Shown here: positions 7,816 to 15,704 of the stretch, piece after piece
Position numbering within the stretch: the first letter of the stretch is position 1
How the letters are laid out: every line of letters starts with the position of its first letter
Assembly (NCBI GenBank): GCA_021739695.1
Contig: JAIPBM010000017.1
Span: 4,354-68,353 of the forward strand
Direction: 5' to 3'
Origin: Flavobacteriales bacterium
Lineage (GTDB): Bacteria; Bacteroidota; Bacteroidia; UBA10329
Length of the DNA: 64,000 nt
Translations under genes and position numbers: made by a program
The notes under the pieces: model-generated
What the model was told of the DNA's origin: nothing
Databases searched by the model: none
Seen by the model: only the letters and a program-made list of their open reading frames with translations

Positions 7816-9377
7816 ACGGACAGTATGATACAGAAGTTGTCATAGTAGGTGGCGGCCCTACGGGTCTGATGTTGGCAAACCTGCTAGGCGCATGCGGAGT
7901 GAAAACCATTGTGCTGGAGCGCGAGAAAGATGTGTTTCCAGTACCTCGGGCCACGCACATCGATGAAGAAACCGTCCGAAATTTCACACTTACCGGCCTG
8001 ATGCCCGAATTGGCAAAACACATCTCGCCATTCGGCAATGTGGAAGTTGCTGACAGCAAAGGCCGTGTCATACTGACGGAACATGTCGGTCTGATCTCTG
8101 ATGTACATGGAAAAGCGGGATCATTCTTCTTTGATCAACCAGCCTTTGAAACCATCTTACGGCACGGGTTGAAACGATATGCGCATGTGTTATTCTTGCC
8201 TGATACAGAAGTTCTTAAGATTGACCAACATGCCAACGGAGTCACTGTTTTTGCCAAAGACCGTGAATGCGAAAATGAACGGACCGTGCACGCACAGTAT
8301 GCCGTTGGGTGTGACGGTGGGCGTAGTCTGGTTCGGAAAAGCTTGGACATTTCAATGCATCAGATGGCGCCAAGCAGAGATTGGCTTATTGTTGATGCTA
8401 CGCTGAAGGATATGAACGATGCGGCACTGTTGCCTCAGCATTTTCAGTACCGCATGGGCTTAGACCGATTGATGCTATATGCGCACGGCCATGGACAGAA
8501 CAGGCGCTGGGAATTCCGTTTGCAACAAGGAGAGGAACATCCAGACCGGTCCGAAGTGATCAAATGGATATCGGCCTTTATCGAACCTGAAAAACTGAAC
8601 ATACTGAGAATGACCCCATACACGCAAAGGGCACAGATAGCCGAAAAGTGGCGGGTCGGGCGGATACTGCTGGCGGGCGATGCTGCACATCTGATGCCTC
8701 CATCTGCTGGGCAAGGCATGTGCTCAGGCATACGCGATGCCGTCAATCTTGCATGGAAACTACGCCATGTACTACAGTTTTCAGATAGAGACGGAATGCT
8801 CAATTCGTATCAGACCGAACGGCAGCCGCATCTTACCAAGATGCTGAACAGTTCCATGTTCATCAGCAATCGACTTAATGCCGAATCGGCCGTGGCGCGC
8901 CTGTGGAAATATGCGCAGATCCTTTTCATCGGCACGTTTTCTCCGATACGCGACCTCATGCGTTCCCAACTTCTTTCTCCGATCCCATTGAGCGCAGGCT
9001 TTTTTCAGCATTCATTGGCTGGTGGACAACATGTGCCCCGCTTCGAAGATCAGGATGGTCAGTTTACAGATGTATGGCCTTACGCGTGGGCCGTGGTAGG
9101 TGCGGCCGATGCATTCGGACCCTCGCTCATGCTCCGATTAGGCATGATGGGCATCCATTCCGTTGGCAACCGGTTGGAAGACGCTATGCTCGAAAGCAGA
9201 CTGAATCGGTGGTTGAAAGACAATGATGCGACATTTGCCATTATTCGGCCAGACCGTATCGTGTATTGTTTTACAGGCAAACATGCCATTCATGCACAAC
9301 TGGACGTGCTGGAAAGGCGAGGTGTCGGGTATGTAGAGCTGGCAAATGCGCTAGAGCTGCGCCACGGAGCTGCCTGA
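7812..9377 (+). CDS. FAD-dependent aromatic-ring monooxygenase (MhpA/PheA-TfdB-like)
   Basis: GxGxxG (VIVGGGPTGLMLA), then CDGGRSLVR, then GDAAHLMPPSAGQGMCSGIRDAVNLAWK. Its start overlaps the cyclase stop (ATGA). Confidence 0.8.
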   Translation: MNGQYDTEVVIVGGGPTGLMLANLLGACGVKTIVLEREKDVFPVPRATHIDEETVRNFTLTGLMPELAKHISPFGNVEVADSKGRVILTEHVGLISDVHGKAGSFFFDQPAFETILRHGLKRYAHVLFLPDTEVLKIDQHANGVTVFAKDRECENERTVHAQYAVGCDGGRSLVRKSLDISMHQMAPSRDWLIVDATLKDMNDAALLPQHFQYRMGLDRLMLYAHGHGQNRRWEFRLQQGEEHPDRSEVIKWISAFIEPEKLNILRMTPYTQRAQIAEKWRVGRILLAGDAAHLMPPSAGQGMCSGIRDAVNLAWKLRHVLQFSDRDGMLNSYQTERQPHLTKMLNSSMFISNRLNAESAVARLWKYAQILFIGTFSPIRDLMRSQLLSPIPLSAGFFQHSLAGGQHVPRFEDQDGQFTDVWPYAWAVVGAADAFGPSLMLRLGMMGIHSVGNRLEDAMLESRLNRWLKDNDATFAIIRPDRIVYCFTGKHAIHAQLDVLERRGVGYVELANALELRHGAA

Positions 9378-9400
9378 ATTTGCGGGCAAGGTTTTCGAAA

Positions 9401-9445
9401 TTAACCTAAGTTAATGCAGGTGCTGCGTGGTTCAGAATAGGTTTG
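9401..9445 (+). promoter_or_regulatory. Second copy of the TTAAC-N4-GTTAA box (9401-9414) followed by a -7 box TAGGTTTG (9438-9445)
   Basis: Exact repeat of the 15-mer at 5817-5831. The box centre lies about 31-38 nt upstream of a consensus TAnnTTTG -7 element, 22 nt before the start of the giant repeat-protein gene. Confidence 0.45.
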
Positions 9446-9466
9446 AAGAGATAAACTGAACCTATC

Positions 9467-12400
9467 ATGCAAACACCATCCAAGCTCCGATCTTCAGTGA
9501 TCATCCTCTTCTTTTTTACAGGCCTAAAGGCATTTTCGCAAAGTAATGGCGTAGGAATAGACATTCCCAATCCACAACAGAAACTCGATGTGGCCGGTGG
9601 AATCCGTATCGGGAACACTACCACAGGATTAGCTGGCTCCATCCGCTGGACAGGTGCCGCGTTTGAAGGTCATGATGGAACCAACTGGATTCCATTTGGA
9701 GGCTCCTTTATGGGGTATTGGTCTGCAAACGGACCCGACATATCCAACAGCAACACAGGCAATGTTGGAATTGGCAATTCCCTTCCTCAGGAAAAACTGC
9801 ACATAACGGGAAAGATCCGAGTGGTAGATGGTACGCAGGGAGCAGGAAAGGTGCTGATGAGCGATGCCAACGGTACTACATCATGGACCCATGCACCGAG
9901 CATCAATCTGCTTCGCGATGCCGACAACGACACCAAGATTCAGGTAGAGGAAAGTGCTGATGAGGACCTCATCCGATTTGACGCGGCCGGAAGTGAGATG
10001 TACACCATGCGCAAGTTGGCCGGAGGTTCACCTTGGCTGGAAGTAAACTCAACCAACACCCTTATTGGAAAAAGCATCAGCTCGGCCATCAATGGTTCAG
10101 GAAGGTGGAACACGGCCGTTGGTTTTCAATCAGCTCAAAACCTGACCACTGGGCAGAAGAACACGTATCTGGGAGACAACACAGGCGGATCCAATACAAC
10201 AGGCGATTGGAACACAATGCTCGGGACCGTGGCAGGCCAGTTCAATAACGGAGGCAGCATGAATACGATGGTGGGTGGAAATGCGGGCAGAAGCAATCTA
10301 ACAGGTTCAGGAAATGTGTTCATCGGATTCGCAGCCGGTGAGAATGAAACGGGCAGCAGCAAGCTTTACATCCACAATTCATCTACCGCAAACCCACTCA
10401 TTTATGGCGACTTCTCCAGCGGTCTGCTCCGTATCAACGGCACACTCAACGTCAATAATTCCTACAACCTGCCAACTGGAGCCGGTACCAATGGGTTTGT
10501 GCTGCAGACCAATGGATCAGGAACAGCATCGTGGGTAAATCCGAATACCTTGGCAATTACCGAGACCGACCCACAGGTAAGCGCTTCCACAACCAACGTT
10601 ATTCCGAAATGGAATGGTACTGCTTTGGTGGATGGTGTGATCAGTGATATTGGCACCACTGTCAACATTGCTTCCCGCATTGTCAACGTTGGCGATAACA
10701 CGTCCACGGCTGCCACATTCTTGAATCTGGTCAGGTCCGGATCATCAGGTCGGATATATCTGGGTAGTGGGGCCACCTCTCCCAATATGGTCATTCAGGC
10801 TCAAACCGCCAGTGGCGATATTGTGCTTGAAACGGTTTCAGGCGAATCTATGCGTGTTGCGGATGGTGGCAATGTGGGCATCGGGAATGCACTGCCGCAG
10901 GAAAAACTACATATTACCGGAAAGATCAGAATGGCAGACGGAACGCAGGGAACGGGAAAAGTGTTGGTGAGCGATGCCAATGGTTCGGCCTCGTGGACAG
11001 ATGCCGCCTCGCTTACCATTACCGAGACCGACCCACAGGTGAGTTCTTCCACAATCAACATCATTCCGAAATGGAACGGCACCACGCTGCAAGATGGCGC
11101 ACTTTATGACAACGGTAACATCGGCATCGGAAATGCGCTGCCGCAAGAAAAACTACATGTTACAGGAAAGATCAGAATGGTTGATGGAACACAAGGAACG
11201 GGAAAAGTGCTGGTGAGCGATGCCAACGGTTCGGCAGCTTGGGCCGATGCCACCACACTTACCATTGCCGAGACCGACCCACAGGTGAGTTCTTCCACAA
11301 TCAACATCATTCCGAAATGGAACGGCACTACGCTGGAAGATGGCGCACTTTACGACAATGGCAACATCGGCATCGGAAATGCGCTGCCGCAGGAAAAACT
11401 ACATGTTACCGGAAAGATCAGAATCGTTGATGGAACACAGGGAATGGGAAAAGTGCTGGTGAGCGATGCCAACGGTTCGGCAGCTTGGTCCAACGCACCA
11501 AGTGTCAATCTGATCCAAGATGCAGATGAAGACACCAAGGTTCAGCTGGAAGAAAGTGCCGATGAGGACATCATCCGTTTTGACCTTGCCGGAACAGAGT
11601 ATCTTGTGCTTGACAATGGCAGAATGAATATAAAAAACACCGGTGGTGGCACTTTTTTGGGCAATGAAGCAGGCCAAAATGATGACCTGAACGGAAGGTT
11701 CAATTCGTTTGTCGGTTATTTTTCAGGCAGAGCAACAACTTCTGGTGGTGACAATGCTGCTTTTGGGGCTGGTTCTATGGAAACAAACACAACCGGCAAC
11801 GGTAATACAGCCCTCGGTCGCTCTACCCTTTTTAGAAACGTTACAGGATCAGACAACGTGGCAATTGGTACATATGCCTTATATCAAAACCTTAATGGAT
11901 CCCGAAATGTGGCGATAGGCAGTGGAGCGGGAGCAAATGCCACAGGAATTGCCAACGTCTTCATAGGTAACGATGCGGGAGCCAACGAAACTGCCAATGA
12001 CCGTCTTTACATCGATAATTCGAATACAATGAATCCGCTTATCTACGGTAACTTCCTAAGTCGCGAAGCAGCTATCAATGGCAATCTGGGCATTGGAACA
12101 CAAAGCCCCACACAGAAACTGGATGTGTTAGGCAATGTTCATGTCAACTCAAACATCCTCATGTTCACAGATCCTCAGAATAGCAACAGCACCATTTACC
12201 TAACGGCCAACGATGCTGCTTACCCGAATGAAGGTCTCAGTGTGCGCACACTCAGCAGTCCTGCCAATGGCAAGCCGCTGTTCCGTGTGCTTTCTTCTGG
12301 TGGGGCAGAAAGATTGCGGGTGGAGCACAACGGAAGGGTTTACATGGATAACAAGCTTGATGTGGTCGGGCAACTTACTTTCCGCAATGGATCACCCGCT

Positions 12401-12853
12401 GCCGGAAAAACACTTGTTTCCACTGATGCGACCGGTAACGCCACATGGAGTCAGGGCACAGAGAATGTTGCCTACACGAAGAGCACAGGGGTTTATTCGC
12501 ACGACAATACAAACGGTTACGCTGCAATCACCGGAACGGCCTCACTCAGCGTTTTTTCGGGAGATGTCATTACCATCATGGCCAATGGTTCATTCCGTTT
12601 GGATGGTGGTTCGGGGGTAGATGACTTTTTCTTTCGCGTCAGCTATACTGGCTGCGCAACGGGCAATGCCAACGAGACGAACTATTTTCCAAGCGAAGAC
12701 GCTAATGACCACGACAATTATGTGCCGGTCTCCTATATAGACGTAATGGTGGCGCCTTGCACAGGTACGCTAGATTTCGAATTCAACGCCCGAAACGTGG
12801 GAGATGACCCTTGGACTGCGGAGGACAGGGTGCTAGTGGTGCGTAGGAATTGA
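9467..12853 (+). CDS. Large secreted repeat protein, adhesin-like or fibre-like
   Basis: 1128 aa with a signal peptide (VIILFFFTGLKAFSQ). It has 82-aa tandem repeats (GN.GIGNALPQEKLH.TGKIR..DGTQG.GKVL.SDANGSA.W...TETDPQVSS..INIIPKWNG). Two blocks of short NT/GxN repeats resemble trimeric-autotransporter head motifs. No T9SS C-terminal domain was recognised. Confidence 0.7.
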   Translation: MQTPSKLRSSVIILFFFTGLKAFSQSNGVGIDIPNPQQKLDVAGGIRIGNTTTGLAGSIRWTGAAFEGHDGTNWIPFGGSFMGYWSANGPDISNSNTGNVGIGNSLPQEKLHITGKIRVVDGTQGAGKVLMSDANGTTSWTHAPSINLLRDADNDTKIQVEESADEDLIRFDAAGSEMYTMRKLAGGSPWLEVNSTNTLIGKSISSAINGSGRWNTAVGFQSAQNLTTGQKNTYLGDNTGGSNTTGDWNTMLGTVAGQFNNGGSMNTMVGGNAGRSNLTGSGNVFIGFAAGENETGSSKLYIHNSSTANPLIYGDFSSGLLRINGTLNVNNSYNLPTGAGTNGFVLQTNGSGTASWVNPNTLAITETDPQVSASTTNVIPKWNGTALVDGVISDIGTTVNIASRIVNVGDNTSTAATFLNLVRSGSSGRIYLGSGATSPNMVIQAQTASGDIVLETVSGESMRVADGGNVGIGNALPQEKLHITGKIRMADGTQGTGKVLVSDANGSASWTDAASLTITETDPQVSSSTINIIPKWNGTTLQDGALYDNGNIGIGNALPQEKLHVTGKIRMVDGTQGTGKVLVSDANGSAAWADATTLTIAETDPQVSSSTINIIPKWNGTTLEDGALYDNGNIGIGNALPQEKLHVTGKIRIVDGTQGMGKVLVSDANGSAAWSNAPSVNLIQDADEDTKVQLEESADEDIIRFDLAGTEYLVLDNGRMNIKNTGGGTFLGNEAGQNDDLNGRFNSFVGYFSGRATTSGGDNAAFGAGSMETNTTGNGNTALGRSTLFRNVTGSDNVAIGTYALYQNLNGSRNVAIGSGAGANATGIANVFIGNDAGANETANDRLYIDNSNTMNPLIYGNFLSREAAINGNLGIGTQSPTQKLDVLGNVHVNSNILMFTDPQNSNSTIYLTANDAAYPNEGLSVRTLSSPANGKPLFRVLSSGGAERLRVEHNGRVYMDNKLDVVGQLTFRNGSPAAGKTLVSTDATGNATWSQGTENVAYTKSTGVYSHDNTNGYAAITGTASLSVFSGDVITIMANGSFRLDGGSGVDDFFFRVSYTGCATGNANETNYFPSEDANDHDNYVPVSYIDVMVAPCTGTLDFEFNARNVGDDPWTAEDRVLVVRRN
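10868..11490 (+). repeat. Tandem 246-bp intragenic repeats (2 full copies plus about half a copy)
   Basis: Repeat units start at 10868, 11114 and 11360, an exact 246-nt period. A more diverged unit starts at 9758. The copies are highly similar at the DNA level by eye. Confidence 0.85.
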
Positions 12854-12955
12854 TGTTTCTTTCTACGGAATAATACCAGATTCTGATTCAGCGATCAGGA
12901 TATTCGTCTTGCATCATCAGATTCCCAATCTTTCAAATCAGGTTGGTCTTTGGCA

Positions 12956-13927
12956 TCAGGCCGCCAATATCTCGGCCAATTTCAGGTAGTCAGGATTCAC
13001 CTTATCGTGATGTTTGATCGCCTTATCGAATGATGTGTAGCACACTTTCTTGTCTACAATACCCACCATGACAGAATGTTTCCCTGCAAGCAGTGCATTC
13101 ACCGCTTCGTAGCCTAGTTGCGAAGCCAGCATGCGGTCCAATGCCGAAGGACTTCCACCCCGTTGCTGATGGCCCAGAATGGTAACACGCGTATCGTATT
13201 GCGGAAGCTGCTTCACTACCTGTTCGGCAATATTGTAGGCACCACCTGCATCATCTCCCTCGGCCACAATAATAATGCTGCTCGATTTCTTGCGGATATA
13301 AGCAGCCCGCAAGTTTGCCACCAGTTCTTCAAGGTCGGTATGAACCTCAGGAATGAGAATGGCGGTCGCTCCTACTCCAATGCCCGAACGGAGCGCAATG
13401 AAACCTGCATCCTTGCCCATCACTTCTACAAAGAACAATCGGTCGTGCGATGCGGCCGTGTCCTTGATTTTATCCACCGCATCCAGTACGTTATTTAGCG
13501 CTGTATCATAACCAATGGTATAATCGGTGCCAATAAGGTCGTTGTCGATGGTGCCAGGCAAGCCAATGAACGGAATATTGTGCTCCTCCGTAAAGACCTT
13601 GGCGCCTGCAAACGTGCCATCGCCACCAATGGCCACAATGCCTTCTATGCCATATTTCTGAAGATTATCGAAAGCCTGCTGGCGTCCTTCCTTGGTCAAA
13701 AAGGCCTTGCAGCGCGAAGATTTGAGGATGGTTCCGCCACGCTGAAGGATGTTTCCCACATCATCGCTGTCCAGCAATTTGAATTGGTCGTCTATCATGC
13801 CTTGGTATCCGTGCATGATGCCATAGATGGTCATTCCGTGATGTAATCCTGTTCTGACCACCGCGCGGATGCACGCGTTCATTCCCGGAGAATCTCCTCC
13901 GCTGGTAAATACTGCAATCGTCTTCAT
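12956..13927 (-). CDS. pfkA: ATP-dependent 6-phosphofructokinase
   Basis: 323 aa with IAVFTSGGDSPGMNA, GGDGT, PGTIDND and GHQQRGG motifs. Confidence 0.95.
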   Translation of the reverse strand: MKTIAVFTSGGDSPGMNACIRAVVRTGLHHGMTIYGIMHGYQGMIDDQFKLLDSDDVGNILQRGGTILKSSRCKAFLTKEGRQQAFDNLQKYGIEGIVAIGGDGTFAGAKVFTEEHNIPFIGLPGTIDNDLIGTDYTIGYDTALNNVLDAVDKIKDTAASHDRLFFVEVMGKDAGFIALRSGIGVGATAILIPEVHTDLEELVANLRAAYIRKKSSSIIIVAEGDDAGGAYNIAEQVVKQLPQYDTRVTILGHQQRGGSPSALDRMLASQLGYEAVNALLAGKHSVMVGIVDKKVCYTSFDKAIKHHDKVNPDYLKLAEILAA

Positions 13928-13936
13928 GCAGTGAAA

Positions 13937-14314
13937 TTACAATTCAATGATCTCGAAAGGAATCTTTACAACCTCCTTGAAGGATAAACCATCAGCCACG
14001 TTATCTTCATCTTCTGCTTCGCATATCCAGCGTACGCGGAATTCGTTACCTGTGTCATTCAGCTCATGAAGCAGATTGAAAAGCCCCATCAAGCGAATAA
14101 ATGAACCTGTGTTGTAGTAATCGAGGGCAATGTCAATGTTTGCCCTTACAAATTGGAACCGAAGATTATCATTGAGCCAATTGGTAACAGGATTGTAGAA
14201 TTTCTCGGTATTCTCTGGCATGGATCTTCCGCGGATGGAAAACCGAAGTGCTTCAATATCGAAATCAATTTCAGGAGAAACTGAGGTGGCTTCTATGTAA
14301 AGTTTCTTATCCAT
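13937..14314 (-). CDS. DUF1987/SiaC-like small protein
   Basis: MDKKLYIEATSVSPEIDFDIEALRFSIRGRSMPENTEKFYNPVTNWL resembles the DUF1987 family. Start chosen at Met 14314; the longest ORF reaches 14350. Confidence 0.55.
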   Translation of the reverse strand: MDKKLYIEATSVSPEIDFDIEALRFSIRGRSMPENTEKFYNPVTNWLNDNLRFQFVRANIDIALDYYNTGSFIRLMGLFNLLHELNDTGNEFRVRWICEAEDEDNVADGLSFKEVVKIPFEIIEL

Positions 14315-14375
14315 TTGCTCGATTGTACAAAAATAAACCGAAGATGTCACAAAGAGTTCGCAAACAATAAAAATC

Positions 14376-15704
14376 TTAGGTTTTCAAACGTGGATCCAGC
14401 GCATCGCGAATACCCTCACCTAAAAGGTTATAGACCGTTACCGTTAGGAAGATGGCGCAACCTGGGAAGATGACCAACCACCAAGCTTGGAATGCCTCAC
14501 GACCAGAACTGAGCAATGAACCCCAAGTAACCACATCGGCAGGCACTCCGATACCGAGGAACGAAAGACCCGATTCGATAAGAATGGCAGATGCTATACC
14601 GAAGGCCACCTGAACAAAGGCTGGTGCTACTCCGTTTGGCAAGGCGTGCCGAAAGATGACGCGTGCCTCGCTAAAGCCCAATGACTGACCTGCAGCGATG
14701 TACTCCAAGTTCTTGATCTTGAGGAATTCTGCCCGCGTGATGCGTGCAATTCCGGTCCAGCTGGTCAATCCGATAATGAGCATAAGGTTCACAAGGCTCG
14801 GTTTGGCAACCGCAGCAATGGAAATGATCAGGATCAACCTTGGGATGGAGATCAATATTTCAATCACCCTCAAAATGATGGAATCAGCAGGGATATTGGT
14901 CTGCGTGTTCAGTATCGGCAGTTTTCCTAGAACCTTTCCGATATAATAGAAAGCAGCTGTAATACCAACAAAAATGGCTAAGCTGAGTACCAATTGAAGC
15001 AAAATGGCTCCGCCAGAGGTTCCAATAGCATCAGCAAGAATATCCGCACGGATCATGAATGCGTAATAATAGGCCAGTACCAAACCTAGAATGAAGGTCC
15101 AAAATTGACCTCTGGAAGTTCTCAGTTTCGCATCTCCGAAATACCCGGCAAATGAACCCAAAACCAATCCGATCAAGGTGGCTATTCCCATGGAAAGAAT
15201 GCCGATCGTCAACGAAATACGCGTAGCATGAATAAGTCCTGAAAGCACGTCTTCGCCTTTCTTATTCGTTCCTAGTAGATGGCGGAAACGTCCTGGCATA
15301 TCTACTAATGCACCTGTTTTATCCTTAAAGAACTGCTTTCCAGATGGCGCCTTATAATCGGAATTCAGAAAGTCTGACTTACTCGGAGCGTAAGGTATCG
15401 GTGCCCAAATAACAGACTCGAGGTCCATCTGCTTCCACTTGGCAATATCCAACTGAACGTTTTCAACAGAACCATCTGCTTTCTTTATCTCGTAGGTATT
15501 CTGAGTAGAGAATGCCGGAAAAAGCGACTCGCCATGATACTTGGCATAAAGCGGCTGATCGTTGGAGATGACAGGTGCCAAAAGCGCAATCACCGCCAAT
15601 GTTCCTAAGATCCAAAGCGAATAATAAGCTGGTTTGTTCTTCTTGAACTGAGACCAAGCATATTGCCTGAAACTGAATTGTGTATTGTCCTTCGAACTGC
15701 TCAT
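14376..15704 (-). CDS. ABC transporter permease, OppC/DppC-type
   Basis: 442-aa polytopic protein with an EAA-loop-like motif (AAGQSLGFSEARVIFRHALPN). Its start abuts the stop of the upstream permease gene with no gap (15704/15705). Confidence 0.8.
   Translation of the reverse strand: MSSSKDNTQFSFRQYAWSQFKKNKPAYYSLWILGTLAVIALLAPVISNDQPLYAKYHGESLFPAFSTQNTYEIKKADGSVENVQLDIAKWKQMDLESVIWAPIPYAPSKSDFLNSDYKAPSGKQFFKDKTGALVDMPGRFRHLLGTNKKGEDVLSGLIHATRISLTIGILSMGIATLIGLVLGSFAGYFGDAKLRTSRGQFWTFILGLVLAYYYAFMIRADILADAIGTSGGAILLQLVLSLAIFVGITAAFYYIGKVLGKLPILNTQTNIPADSIILRVIEILISIPRLILIISIAAVAKPSLVNLMLIIGLTSWTGIARITRAEFLKIKNLEYIAAGQSLGFSEARVIFRHALPNGVAPAFVQVAFGIASAILIESGLSFLGIGVPADVVTWGSLLSSGREAFQAWWLVIFPGCAIFLTVTVYNLLGEGIRDALDPRLKT

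Noticed and set aside
10801-11538. A series of similar minus-strand ORFs (10801-11085, 11104-11328, 11350-11538) that could be mistaken for a small gene family, and a regular repeat that might suggest a CRISPR array.
   Set aside because: They are the antisense image of the 246-bp coding tandem repeats of the 1128-aa gene. The repeat units are contiguous with no unique spacers, far longer than CRISPR repeats, and keep the plus-strand reading frame.
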